Shown in pieces: positions 1 through 15,200 of a DNA stretch of 64,000 bases (position 1 is its first letter; each line of letters starts with the position of its first letter). The notes under the pieces are model-generated. The model saw nothing but the letters and a program-made list of their open reading frames with translations, had not been told where the DNA came from and did not search any database. Origin of the DNA: Chrysomallon squamiferum. Taxonomy: Eukaryota > Animalia > Mollusca. The DNA is taken from the NCBI GenBank assembly GCA_012295275.1, contig CM022669.1, positions 1,054,001 through 1,118,000 on the forward strand, given 5' to 3'. The position numbers and the translations under genes are program-made.

Positions 1-256
1 TTAACTTGAGATTCACCCACACACTTTCACAGTTAACTATAGATTCATACATGTTTGTTATGTAGATTCACAACAAGTTTTGACACCCACACTTTCACAG
101 TTAACTTATGAATGATACAAACATGTTATAACTACAAAACATTTTAATAATGATCTATGTGTGTGTTTTATGTTAGATGCAATAATGTTTGTATGTATAT
201 TACAAATGCAACAATAAAAGATCTCAGATATGTTATGAATGTTACATGTTAAATTC

Positions 257-411
257 AGATCTCAGACATCTATACAAATGTTTTATGTTAATTACAGATC
301 TCAGAGATATTACAAATGTTTTGTATTAATTACAGATCTCAGAGATATTACAAATGTTTTGTGTTAATTACAGATCTCAGAGATATTACAAATGTTACAT
401 GTTAATTACAG
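257..411. repeat. 38-bp tandem repeat spanning a splice acceptor
   Basis: cagat recurs at 257, 295, 333, 371 and 409; unit cagatctcagagatattacaaatgttttgtattaatta. Confidence 0.85.
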
Positions 412-495
412 ATGTACACAGATCTAAGTACAAGATATGAGGCATTGAAGAAAACAGAATCAGATCTAAGACATGAGATTGTCAGTCTGAAAAAA
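412..495 (+). CDS. CNTLN: CNTLN exon (MYTDLSTRYEALKKTESDLRHEIVSLKK)
   Basis: ttacag acceptor, gtgagt donor, phase 0/0; treated as an internal exon. Confidence 0.75.
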
Positions 496-2803
496 GTGAG
501 TCTTTACTTTTACACACACACACAGACACACACACACAAAACTATAAGTACATACATAAACACACATACATACAGTGTTTTATATTTTAATGTTTGCCTA
601 GTTCTTAAATGTATATGTGAATATGCATAGTAAGTTGAAAATAACTACCTCAGCCCATGTCACCAGCTTTCCCTTGTTCCTTGACAACAGTGAAATGTAA
701 AAATTTCATGTAGTCATCAGACAGCGTGTAGAGTTTTACAGCTCTGGTTGTGTGTGTTTTTTTGATAACTAAACACACAGATTATAAATAACACATCTTT
801 TTCCCTGTTTGGGTTATGTTGCAGAAAGTTCAGCCATGTTTGATTATTTCATTTGTTTATTTTAGTTAACACAGATAACCAGTAACCTGTTTACAGGTAA
901 AACATGGAAGTGTGTGAATGTAAGAGCAGCTGATTAGCTAGTTTGAATCATTCAGTATGATGACTAACACAAAACTGTTCACAAAACTGTACACTTTTCA
1001 AACAAGGGACATAATTTGCATGTAAAAGAAATGTCTACACAGGCCAGTGTTGAAGTAATAAATGAAACTTTTGATATAAATAATAAAATAGAGTGTGTGG
1101 AAACTGGGAAAGGTGAAAGAGAAAGGACATTATCAAACAAAAAAAACAAAACAATTAAATAAAAAGAGAAAAGCTTGCTGTCTCAGAATCAGAGTAGTCA
1201 GTAAAAACATAACGTGCTAATCAGAGTGATCTGTTGTGAAGCCTGTCTGTGACAGGAGCCAGGTGTTTGTCTGTCACAACACAGACACTTCATGTTTGTA
1301 CAACCAGCATGCAAGCCTGATTTGTTTTGGTTAATTTTCATGATAATCTGACCAATGGGGTGTGCAATGACAGGATCAGTAGAGGTGTCCACTTTATGAG
1401 GTGTCCACTTTATGAGATTGTCTTTCAGTGTGAAAAGTTTCTTACTGCTGGATGATGAGAAGTGACACAAGTGGGTTTCCTCTCTCTCATCATCACACAC
1501 TTTGTTTTACAGTAAAATGTCTTTGATTCATCTGTTTTGATAACTCACATATCTACAAATCAGTCATGTCATTGTTTTCCTCCACACCTAGTCAGCAAAA
1601 AATATAAATAATTGTGTGAGAAAATGAAATTCTGAATTTAGTGCAACCATGTGAAAATGTAAAATTCTAAATGTAGTCAGCAAAATCATGTGAAAATGTA
1701 AAATTCTAAAACTAGTCTGTGACATCATGTGAAAATGTAAAATTCTAAAACTAGTCTGTGACATCATGTGAAAATGTAAGTGATATGACAAGATGGTTAT
1801 AAAAATAATGCTAGTGTAGGGAAAATTAAAAGAAAGTGAAGTTTATAAATATACAATTATGTCCTGCAGTTACAAAGTGTTAGAACTTACTGCTAGTACA
1901 AGAAAGATAATTATTATTTGAAAAGTTTTAGTTTTATTTCAGAATAGTGTGGTATGAAATAGTAAATGTATTTTGTTATTAGTAGCAACTGAATTGAGAT
2001 GACACTGTGGTTAGAGAAGTGTTACTAACTAGAAGATAGATAATTTCATTATTTTCTATTACACTAAACTAATCTTACCTAGTTATTAGGTTTTGTTTTC
2101 ATTTTGTTATTATCATAATTGCCACTTATTTTTTGTTTTGTAAACTCATGTCCTTCTCACTTTCTGAAGCCAAACTTGTGTCATCTAATTGAGAATGTTT
2201 TCAAAAGAGACTTTGAAGGGTTCTGCCAGTTTTGAGTGTGTTGAGTCGTGGACGTGTGACTACACTTATTAACTTGGCTAATTTACAGATGTGTTTTTCA
2301 AAACTGCACAGTGTAACACACAGTTCTCCTCTGGGAGATCTCCTGTAATTGCCATTTTCCTGCTACCACATCGTCATGTACACTGCAGTGGGCAAGTGCT
2401 CAGCATCCCCAGGGACATCAGCGTTAAACTCTGTGAGATGAAAAAGATGTGTGTCTGATTCAAACTGCTTGTTTGTCACCACAACATCGTCATTGTCCAC
2501 TTTACAGAAAATGTAAAACAATCATCAGTCCCCAGAGTGTACTGAACTACTCAGTCTGTGAGACATGTTTTATGTGTGTCTGTGTGAGTTTTTATGTATT
2601 TAATTTTAAATGTATACATATTTGTGGGTGGGTGTATGTATATTATATATTATATTTGTAAATTAATACTAAACTGCCTGGGGTGTAAGATGCATTTTGT
2701 TTGTGCATGTTGTTATGTATACAAGTATATACATATGTATGTAAATGTCTTCACATATATGTGTCTGTATGTCTTTATATACGTGTATGTATAAATAAAC
2801 ATA

Positions 2804-2849
<46 letters not shown>

Positions 2850-5244
2850 TACTGTTTTTTTGAGGATTTTTTGTTTATATTTCTACCTCAAATGGACCCC
2901 ACTGTTTTCAGTACTGTAGATGTGTGACGACGTCAGTACAGAGGTGTTGCCATCTCATTTGTCTCATGTCTTACAGGGTCACCGTCGTCACGTCAAAACA
3001 AATGTCATTCGTCACGCAGACAACGTTTGCTTTTGTCAAAGTGAATTAGCTGAGAGCAGTGTTGTATTGATTTGTCCTTGTATATTCAATTACAATAGTC
3101 TGCCTGTGTCAAACTTAATTCTGTCTCACTCACAAACCCAGCAGTTCAGCATCCACGCAGGACACACGCACTGACAAACATTTTCTCACTCATGTTTTTT
3201 TTTTTTTGCATCTTAATGTCTTGTGACTGAGATTTGAACTTGCTGAAGAAAAAAAAAGAAAGAATAAAAATGAATAAACTGAAAGAAAAAAGGAGGAAAC
3301 AATTGAAACTTGGAAATGTCTTCAAATTCATCTTTTATATATACACTTAGTATGATTAGGTAGGCAGATTTTTTGGGTTTTTTTTATCTAATTTTTTAAA
3401 ATTATTATTTGTTTTTGAAATAAAACATTTCTACTGATCACCTTTGCTGTCAGTTAAAATATGTAAACAACTTTTCAAAAAAGTACCATGCTCAACAGTC
3501 AGTATATTTGTTTTAAGCTGTTTTCCATGAACAAGTTCATGTGTGTATGTGATAGATTGACAAATATATATTCTATCTATATATCTGTTTTTAAACCCAA
3601 ATTATTTTGTGTCAATTAAGTTTACGACATTTAACTGAAATTTACTGTCCACTCTTTCATCTGCACACAAGTAATATTTTCATTAATAATGTTTTTTACA
3701 AGAAAGATGAACACTAGAAATTCTGAGATGTCATTGTTTACATGATCACTTCTCATCAGTGTACATGTGTTCTGTTTTTCACAGTCCAGACAGTGCTCAA
3801 ACTCACTGGTATGTGATATCCTGTTGTTTGTGAGAATGTTTATAACAAACGATTTCTTACAAGAGTATCACAGTGTGTTTGAAATCAACTGATAAGTCTA
3901 CTAATTCACACTCGGCATCACTTACACAAAAATCTCTTTCTGAGACAAGGGTGGTGCTCTTTCTGTGACAGGGTGGTGCTATTTCTGTGACAAGGGTGGT
4001 GCTATTTCTGTGACAGGGTGGTGCTATTTCTGTGACAAGGCTGGTGCTATTTCTGAGACAAGGGTGGTGCTATTTCTGTGTCAGGGTGGTGCTATTTCTG
4101 AGACAAGGCTGGTGCTATTTCTGTGACAGGGTGGTGCTATTTCTGTGACAGGCTGGTGATATTTCTGTGACAAGGCTGGTGCTATTTCTGTGTTGTGTTC
4201 ATCCTGCATTAAATCATTAAGAATATTGTGTAAATTGTTTTGTTTGGAAATGCTGACAGAAGTTGTCCCATAAAATTTTGAAACATATAATCATTCTGTA
4301 ATTTGAGATATTTGTGATAAAATATTTTGAAGCTGTGTTTAATGTGACAGGAAATCCTGGAGAAGGATGACATGATATCTGAGCTGCAGGGTCCAGTGAT
4401 CAGACGCAACACTCACGGTGGAAGTTTCCTCGACACACAGGTACAGTCAGTTCTAAAACAGTTTGTTTCATAACACTTTTAAAGCATTATGTTTTTTAGT
4501 GGTACATTTGTGTGTTTAAAATCATTCTTTGCATTTATCTGTATGCTGGTTTTAATTAAAGTAATTTTAATTTTTGTTTAATGTACAGTGATAATGTAAT
4601 CAGAAACAGTAAATATTTTCTTTTTCACAATTCTTTTATTAAATTCATTCTGTAAACTGAACTGTTTTTTATATAAATACAAATTGTTGGTGTAATGTGA
4701 TGTAATTTTAGGAAGCTGAACCAGTTATTGATTATGAGTACAAAATTGAAACTCTTCAACAGGAAGTTAGGTCCTTGAAAAAACGACTACAAGAGAAAGA
4801 AAAGTAAGTTTGTGTTAATTTGTCCACCTTCACTCGATGTTTCAGTACATTAATTCTTCTGTGCCTTGATTTGTTAACAATCCATCTGATTGTCTGTCCA
4901 CATATATATCATAAATGTCTGTCAGAATTGTTACTTAATATGTAATTTTCAAAAAAATACATTTTTACATAGACTAAATTACAGTTAAATGTTAATTTAT
5001 GTTAAATTATATCAACTGATTATATGAGTGAACGATGTTCAAAACATTAAACCTGATGACTCAGGCGTTTTAGTTAATTTGTTATAAACAATTAAAATCT
5101 TTTAATTTATTTGTTAATTATAGGAAATAAAGCAGCATACATCATACTTTGGGTTCCAATCAAACATTTATGAGTCTTCTAATAACATCTACTCCTGACA
5201 TCAGAACAAAAGCTTTTTAAGAATAATTTTTATTAGCATACTTT

Positions 5245-5290
<46 letters not shown>

Positions 5291-6152
5291 TACTATATTT
5301 CTAACTTGGTCATATATTTTAACATCTTGCTGTTTATTCTTTGAATGTTAAAGGTAAAAAGCTACAACTTAGTTCATGCAATAAAAAGAAAGATTTAAAC
5401 TGTTATCTTGTATTTATACTTACTATAATTGAGATCACAAATCTGTGGTAAATACCTGAACCTGTTTAACTGTTTTACAGGATTATTGCTCACTTTGAGC
5501 AGGTGGAGGATCAGTCTGTGATATTTGATGTGAGCAGACTGAACAGACATGAAAGAACCCACTCAACACCAACCCGCCTGTTCCAGTCACCCAAAGTGTC
5601 ACCCAGGATGATACCTCGGGAAGCCAGAGAGAGTCAGTTGGTGACTATGAGGAAAAACTGGCAGAATGTGAACATCTGGTAGAGTTAAAGGTAAAGTCAA
5701 CAACTTAGATATTCTCTATCAGACAGCTAAATAACATGTTTATGTGCTATGAAATAGCATAACAGTGAGAAAGTCTTCTCTATAGTGTCACATATTTGAT
5801 AGATGTTTCTAAAGACAATAACATGTTTTTGAATTGTGAAATACTGAAATGAGAGAGAGGGTGACTCTGGTTTCACATTATTGTTGTATGATTCTGTGTG
5901 TGTAGGTTGTTCTACATCTGTTTACAAATTAAAAACACAACCATGTCCATTTTTGTATTTTTGAACAAAATTCAAAGATAAATAATGTATAAAATCATGT
6001 TGTTTGTCTGCCAGATTATAACACTATCTTCAATGTTGTTTGTTTCTTATTCCTGGCTACATCATTTGTTGTAGTCACTTCTCAGTGACAGCTTGATAAA
6101 CAAAACACAGCATTGTGCTGTAAGTACATTCTGTATATATGTGTCTGTATAA

Positions 6153-6191
<39 letters not shown>

Positions 6192-9038
6192 TGTTGAGAG
6201 ATAAAATGGTCAAAATAAGAGTGGACTGTTTTCAAAACCATGAATGACACTTCCACAGTTAAAACAAAAGAGATGAGAATTTTGAACAGACAAAGGAAAA
6301 CTGAAAATAACTGCTTAAAAGGCTAAATACAGAACTAGTTCAGTCACTGTTACTGGACAGACTGAAAACTCTGTTTTCTGAATGACGCTGTTAAACAAAA
6401 AGAGGTGACAAAGAACTGAACTGCAGAAGGCTCTGAAGACTGAAAACTCTGCAGCACGACTACCGCCTGGTGAGAGAACAGCTGAAGACTCTGGAAGATG
6501 AACAGTACGGGTCGGTCACTCTGTGTTCTAAACTAGCCTGTCTGTGTTCTAAAACTAGCCTGTCTGTGTTCTAGAACTAGCCTGTCTGTGTTCTAAACTA
6601 GCCTGTCTGTGTTCTAAAACTAGCCTGTCTGTGTTCTAAAACTAGCCTGTCTGTGTTCTAAACTAGCCTGTCTGTGTTCTAAACTAGCCTGTCTGTGTTC
6701 TAAACTAGCCTGTCTGTGTTCTAAAACTAGCCTGTCTGTGTTCTAGAAACTAGCCTGTCTGTGTTCTAAAACTAGCCTGTCTGTGTTCTAAACTAGCCTG
6801 TCTGTGTTCTAAAACTAGCCTGTCTGTGTTCTAAACTAGCCTGTCTGTGTTCTAAAACTAGCCTGTCTCTAATCTAACTCTCTACCCTCAATTACTCTTG
6901 TTTCATATATGTGTTTTGGTTTTAATGTTGTAAAAATATATATGAAGTTGATGTTTATTAAAAAGATGATGGTTAAACATTATTTGTTTATTAAAAAGAT
7001 ATTAAACATTATTTGTTTATTAAAAAGATATTAAAGATTATTTGTTTATTAAAAAGATGATAGTTAAACATTATTTGATTATTAAAAAGATGATGGTTAA
7101 ACATTATTTGTTTATTAAAAAGATATTAAACATTATTTGTTTATTAAAAAGATATTAAAGATTATTTGTTTATTAAAAAGATGTTAGGTAAAGATTATTA
7201 GTTTATTAAAAAGATGTTAGTTAACATTATTAGTTTATTAAAAAGATGTTAGTTAACATTATTAGTTTATTAAAAAGATGTTAGTTAACATTATTAGTTT
7301 ATTAAAAAGATGTTAGGTAAAGTTGATTTGTTTATTAAAAATATGTTAGGTAAACATTAGTTTTTTTATCAAAAAAGATGTTAGTTAACATTATTAGTTT
7401 ATTAAAAAGATGTTAGGTAAACATTATTTGATTATTAAAAAGATGTTAGGTAAAGATTATTTGATTATTAAAAAGATGTTAGGTAAACATTATTTGATTA
7501 TTAAAAAGATGTTAATTAAAGATTATTTGATTATTAAAAAGATGTTAGGTAAAGATTATTTGTTTATTAAAAAGATATTAGGTAAAGATTATCTGTTTAT
7601 TAAAAAGGTGTGAGGTAAACATTATCTGTTTAAAGGTTATTTGTTTATTAAAAAGATATTAGGTAAAGATTATTAGTTTATTAAAAAGATGTTAGGTAAA
7701 GATATTGTGTTGACTGTTTCAGCAACAAGAAGAAGAAGAAAGTTCGCAGGTCAGACCCCCGAGAGTTGCAAAAGGAAAACAGTGACGCAGTGTGGAATGA
7801 ACTCGCGTTTTTCAGAAGTGAAAACAGCAAACTTCACACCGAGAAGTAAGTTTGTAGCTGTTTACACTTGTACACTTCTCTCTCACTTCTCACCAGTTCC
7901 TCATTTGTGTTTCAACTGCCTGGATTGCTAGAACAGAGGTTTCTCCATACTTACCATTTATTCATTTCTTAAATTTTAATTAAAATAAAATTCATAAACT
8001 TTAAAAATAACAAAAACATCTTAAAGAGATAAAACTTGGTACAACCAAATATTGTAGAAAGTAAGTTTTCATTTTCTTTTTCTCCAAGTTCAGCTTCTTA
8101 TTCTTGATAATCTTTATTACGATATCAGAACACTGTTATTATCTTTATCATTAGTGTTGTTGTTTTAATATTACTGTTCTTGTTATTAATTTTAATATTC
8201 TTGTTTGTAATTCTACTGTTGTCACTGTTGTGATGTTTGTATTACTGTTGTAATGTTTGTAATACTACTGTTGTTACTGTTGAAATGTTTGTATTACTAT
8301 TGTGATGTTTGTATTACTGTTGTGATGTTTATAATTCTACTGTTGTTACTGTTGTGATGTTTGTATTACTGTTGTGATGTTTGTACTACTGTTGTTACTG
8401 TTGTGATGTTTGTATTACTGTTGTGATGTTTGTAATTCTACTGTTGTCACTGTGATGTTTGTAATTCTACTGTTGTCACTGTTGTTATTACTGTTGTGAT
8501 GTTTGTACTACTGTTGTTACTGTTGTGATGTTTGTATTACTGTTGTGATGTTTGTACTACTGTTGTTACTGTTGTGATGTTTGTATTACTGTTGTGATGT
8601 TTGTAATTCTACTGTTGTCACTGTTGTGATGTTTGTAATTCTGTTTCAGATTGTCAATTCAGGAAGAGTTGGACTTGCTTCATGTTCAGGTAGCCAAAGA
8701 TGCAGCAACAATTTACGAACTCAAAGTGAAACTAGAGCAGGAGAGAGAAGGTGAGTAATGCATTCTGAGCCAAGTTACTGTACATCAAGTGTTTTAGTCT
8801 ACATTTGACTAATTTAATTTTAGATTAGAAATGTAATGTTTGTGTTTCTTGTTGGCAGAGTGTGAGTATGAGCTGAGGAGGAAGGAGATTGACAACAAAG
8901 TGAAAAGTGACATAGAGTCAGAGGTGACCATTCTGAAGTCATCTGTAAGTTTTTACATCTTCTTCTTTAGTCTCCTGTTTCAGTCAAATAATCAGTACTC
9001 AGAAATGAGTGGTTTCTTCATGTATATCTGTCTGTAAA

Positions 9039-9119
<81 letters not shown>

Positions 9120-9454
9120 TTGATGTTTTGTTGATAAGTTTTATAATGGCTAAGATAGATGGAAAAATCTGTAGGTGAATGAAGTAAGATCAGAAAACCA
9201 TACTCCTGTCACATGATAACAGTTTCACACATTTATTTATTTTTTTAAGAAAATAGAAAAGACAAAACTTAAATTCTACATGTAAAAGTTGTTTGCTGTG
9301 TTGTAAAACAGATACAAAGCAAAGATCTGGCTCTACGGAAGATGGAGAAGACTTTGCATGAAGTGGCCAGAGAGAAAGAAATGTTATTTGAAGAGAACAG
9401 GTAACAGATAGATATCTCTATCCGTGTCTCTCTCTCTCTCTCTCTGTTTGTGTA

Positions 9455-9499
<45 letters not shown>

Positions 9500-9508
9500 G
9501 TTTGTGTA

Positions 9509-9572
<64 letters not shown>

Positions 9573-9610
9573 TGTCTGTCTGTCTGTGTCTCTCTCATTC
9601 TCTCTATGTT

Positions 9611-9642
<32 letters not shown>

Positions 9643-11357
9643 CCTCCCTCCCTTTCACACATGTACATGCACATGCACACAATCCTATACATACACACAG
9701 GCACTCACATATGTATTCACATATACTTGATTGTTAAACACCAGTGATACTTATAAACACATACATTTTTGTATTTTTCAGAAAACTGAAATCTGAAAGT
9801 CTGCGACTGCAGCATGAATCAACTCAGTACAGGATTGAAGTAGCAGACCTCTCTAGAGAAATACAGAGGTACAGATGGATGGATGTTGGATGGATGAATG
9901 GGTGGTTTGGGGTTTTATTGGGTATATGCTTGATTATAGGTCGTGACAAACAGGTTGGATTGGTGTAATCAGTAAAATGTGTGTTAATAATCACAAAGTA
10001 CTTTGTTGTATTGATATGAAAGTCAGTGTTACTAATCTCTCTCATTCAACACAAAATACTTGACTGATGCTGCTGGTGTGCAGAAGCTAGTTAAGTGGCA
10101 GTAAGAGACTGTTCTGTTTGTCCCAGGTACAAGCGACTGCTGGAGGAGCAGAGAGAGCAGAAGAAAGAGAAGAACATCTCACAGACTGACATCCTAGTGG
10201 ACAAACAGACGTTCAGACTTCCCCGATACCGGACACACAGAAAGAACCGTTCCAGATTAGTTAAAAAGGTAAAAAGAAAAGGCAAAAAAAAATAATAATA
10301 ATATTTCAACTAAACAGACATTTTTATTAATTCATCTAAATTTTTGCAGTCAGATTTACTGTTGAACAAGAGAAAATTAAAAATTAATTGATGCTGACAG
10401 AATGAAGAGTAAAATAAATATTCAGTTTTCAAGTAAAATGTAGCTTGTTGGGGTCTTTAAATTAATTTTTGACATTAAGTCTTTTTTGAATTAATCAGAC
10501 ATTGATGTACAAGTCCTGTCCCCTAACAGTAGCATCTTTGACTCTGGTATAAACTTGAAACTAGAGCAGAGATTCAAAGATTAGAAACAAATTCACTGTT
10601 CAAAATTGTGATGTCTGTTTATATATTATCAAAAATACAATTTTGTGTCATAATTTGACTAAAATATTTTTGTTATTTTTGTGACATGAATTATTAGTTA
10701 TCTTCCCTTTAAAAACACATTTCAAAATCATCTAATTAACAAGTAGAACTGAACATTCCTATACATACTGTACAGAAGGCAAACATTATTCATAACATTT
10801 ATTATTTGTTGTTGTTGTTATTGTTTGTTTTTGTTGTTGTTTTTTGGTGTTCTTATGATTTATTTTGTGCCACATTTCAGACAGTCCAGGTTAATGTAAG
10901 TTTGTGTGTCCGTTAAAATGCATGCTTCCACACGCACATGTTAAGTTAAATTTAAAATTTGTTTTTATTACTATTTCTTTAATGTTCATTCACATCATTG
11001 TTCTACTAAAATAAAAATAATAGGGTGTGTGCATGTTTTATGTGTGATGGGGACTCAGGGTGTGTGATTATCTACATGTAAATAATGTGTTTATGAGTGA
11101 ATGTGTGTGTGTGTCAGTATTTGAGATAAAATGGTCAAAATAAGAGTGACAGTGATCTAACAGAATGTGAGACAAAAACCATGTAATGGGGTGTAATGTA
11201 TTTCCACAGAAATTTTAAAACACTGTGCTAGCCTCTGATACATGGTTGAGAATTTTGAACATAAAAAATCATTTAAACTTACAAATATTTTCTACTTTCT
11301 TAAAAATACATTTATAAATAAATAAATGAGCTAAATACAGAACTAATTCAATCACTG

Positions 11358-11405
<48 letters not shown>

Positions 11406-12228
11406 CCGTGTCTGTTTATCAGAGAAAGAAATGTGTTTAGTTGGGTAAAGATTTTTAAAAGTTGTCAAAGAAAACTCATTTTTAATTTTTCTTTTTTCAC
11501 TTCATTTCTTTATTTATCATCTTTCTTTTCATTTTTGTTTGCTTTTTCTGCATTTTTATAGTATTACTTTTATGTATAGATATATTTGTTGTTGTTATTA
11601 CTTTTATGTATAGATATATTTGTTGTTGTTATTACTTTATGTTCTCTTTTCCTAACCTAAAGTTATTCGTAAATGCTTCCAAAGAATTTAAACATTTTAT
11701 GTTTCTTTTTCTTCACATCATAGAGTTATATATTTTACTTAGCATTTAAACAAATAAGGAAAGTAATAACTACAGTTTATTGTTTGTTATTGTTGTTACT
11801 GTTGTAGTTGTTGTTGTTATCAGACATAAAGCTGCTAGTTAAATCTTGGTGAAGGGTTTTTTCTTCACAGCTTTGGCTTCCTATGAAGTACTTAGCCAAG
11901 TTATCAATGTTTTCTTTAAATAAACAAATAAACTGTTTGCTAATTAAATCAGACAAGTTAATAATTAAATTGTACAATAATTTACTGTTCAGTTTAAAAT
12001 AACTTTTTTTTGACCACACACAGAGGAGTGGAACAGTTTCTTTCACATCAACATTCTGTGTTAATTTGTTCACACCTGTTAATTTGTTCACACCTGTTAA
12101 TTTGATTTTGTATCCTTAATATATCTCTTCTTCTTCTTTTTATTATTGTTGATGCTGCTTTTGTTTTTTTGTTATCATCACCATCATCATCATTATCGCT
12201 TACTCATTATTCCTCTTATTATTATTAA

Positions 12229-12266
<38 letters not shown>

Positions 12267-15200
12267 GATTACTGACTTGTTTTTGCAGTACCAGGCAGCA
12301 TTAAACCGGAGTATAGAAAAGATGGCTGCTGTGTTTGACAACTTCAACGACGATGGCTGGGAGGAGATCACAGAATCACCAGAGGGAACGTGAGTTTAGT
12401 TTTACACAAATAAGATAAGTCACAGAATCACCAGAGGGAACGTGAGTTTAGTTTTACACAAATAAGATAAGTCACAGAATCACCAGAGGGAACGTGAGTT
12501 TAGTTTTACACAAATAAGATAAGTCACAGAATCACCAGAGGGAATGTGAGTTTAGTTTTACACAAATAAGATAAGTCACAGAATCACCAGAGGGAATGTG
12601 AGTTTAGTTTTACACATATAAGATAACTCACAGACACACAAGAAGGGAAGTGAGTTTTATTTTTGAACAAATAAAATAAGTTACAGACAAGAAAGAATGT
12701 AATGTTCGAGTTTAGTTTTGACAGTCAAAAGAAGTAACATGAGTTTTAGATTTTTACAAATAAAGATTCACAAAAAAAAAAAGTGTGTTTTGGATTTTAC
12801 ATAAAATAAATCTGATAAGTTTTAGATTTAGAACATGATTTTACAAAAACAAGATAAGTCACAGACACTGAAGAACAAACATAAGTTTTAGTTTTTACAC
12901 AAATAAGATAAGATGAAGAACAAACATGAGTTTTTGTTTTTACAGATAAGTCAAAAAGACAAGGAAGGTGAGTTTTATATTTGACAGAAATAAGATAAGT
13001 TACAGACAGAAAAAAAAGGAATGTGAGTTTTAGTTTTTTTACGTAAATTTACAGATACAAATAAGTTTTAGTTTTTACACAAATAAGATAACTTACAGAT
13101 ACAAAAAAAGGAATGTGAGTTTTAGTTTTTACACAAATAAGATAAGTCACAGATACAAAAAAAGGAATGTGAGTTTTAGTTTTTACAGAAATAAAACAAC
13201 TTGTTTGTTGACTCTTCTCTTTACATAACTTGTTGAACTAATTGTTCATGCTTCACGTTTCAGCTGTTTGGAAAATTTTATAATGAGAAACCTGAAACAT
13301 TCAGGGTGGAAAATGGCTCTTCATGTGAAACAGTTTCTTGAATATTTTCTTACAGCTTATTCAACCAAGGACAAATGGAATCAGAAATGTCTTATTTTAT
13401 TTCTGTGTAGTTCTAAATTGATTACTTTTGTCTGTTTTCTTAGATATTACTCTGTTTCATCAGTGCTTCTTTTAAAATATGTTTTGTACAGTCTGCGTGC
13501 TCCTATGTTAATGATGGTTATATATCTGTTATTTGTTATTTGGTGTCAGTTTATAACAAATGTTAATTCGAGAACTATGTTACTCAAATTTCTCTTAATC
13601 AGGTTTTTTTTTTAACATTTCTGTTTACAAAGATAAAATGTTTAATGTGGTTGCATTTTTCTTGAGTTGTTAATAAATATTTCCACTGTGATTAAGTATT
13701 TTATACAGTTCTGTGTTTTACTGAGAGATTTAAAAACAACTGTGTTTGGTAAATGACGAGGTAATGAAAAGAATACTTTGTGTGTTTGACAGTGAGGAGG
13801 ACACAGAGGTGACAGAGAGTGACACTCTGGGTCAGACCATTGTGTCTGTCTGTCGTCAAAACAATGCTCACCTGAAAAAAAACAAGGTAAATAAACTGTT
13901 TAAGAATTTTAATGGACTTTCTCTATTTTCTCTGTTTATCTGTCTCTCTCTCTCTTTCTCTGTCTGCATATCTGTATAGGTATCTCTCTTTATCTGTGTC
14001 TGTCTGTCTATCTATATATGTATCTCTCTTTATCTCTGCCTATCTATATATGTATCTCTATTTATCTCTTATCTATATATGTATCTCTCTTTATCTCTTA
14101 TCTATATATGTATCTCTCTTTATCTCTGCCTATCTATATATGTATCTCTCTTTATCTCTATCTATATATGTATCTCTATTTATCTCTATCTATATATGTA
14201 TCTCTATTTATCTCTTATCTATATATGTATCTCTATTTATCTCTGTCTATCTATATATGTATCTCTCTTTATCTCTGCCTGTCTATATATGTATCTCTCT
14301 TTATCTCTATCTATATATGTATCTCTCTTTATCTCTGTCTATATATGTATCTCTCTTTATCTCTATCTATATATGTATCTCTCTTTATCTCTGTCTATAT
14401 ATATATGTATATCTCTTTATCTCTTATCTATATATGTATCTCTCTTTATCTCTATCTATATATGTATCTCTCTTTATCTCTGTCTATCTATATATGTATC
14501 TCTCTTTATCTCTTATCTATATATGTATCTCTCTTTATCACTGCCTATCTATATATGTATCTCTCTTTATCTCTATCTATATATGTATCTCTCTTTATCT
14601 CTGTCTATCTATATATGTATTTCTCTTTATCTCTGTCTATATATGTATCTCTCTTTATCTCTGTCTATCTATATATGTATTTCTCTTTATCTCTGTCTAT
14701 CTATATATGTATCTCTCTTTATCTCTGTCTATCTATATATGTATCTCTCTTTATCTCTGTCTATCTATATATGTATCTCTTTATCTCTGTCTGTCTATAT
14801 ATGTATCTCTCTCTATCTATATATGTATATCTCTTTATCTCTATCTATATATGTATCTCTCTTTATCTCTGTCTGTATATGTATCTCTCTTTATCTCTGT
14901 CTATATATGTATCTGTCTTTATCCCTATCTCTATATGTATTTCTCTTTATCTCTGCCTATCTATATATGTATCTCTCTTTATCTCTATCTATATATGTAT
15001 CTCTCTTTATCTCTAGCTCACTCAGTATCTATTTCTATCTCTGCCTGTCTATCAATCTCTTCTCTGTCTCTGATTGTCTCTCTTTCTCTGTCTTTGTCTC
15101 TGTCTTGTCTCTTGTTCTGTCATGCTGACATTTTTATTCTTATTATTTTTCTGTGTCACCCCTTCTCAAAAATTAAAACATAATCTGTTTACAATCATAT

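Noticed and set aside
9269-9747. ERERER / SLSLSL ORFs
   Set aside because: (TC)n microsatellite.
13912-15183. 332-423 aa ORFs rich in Y/L/S/I
   Set aside because: Intronic minisatellite translations in all three frames.
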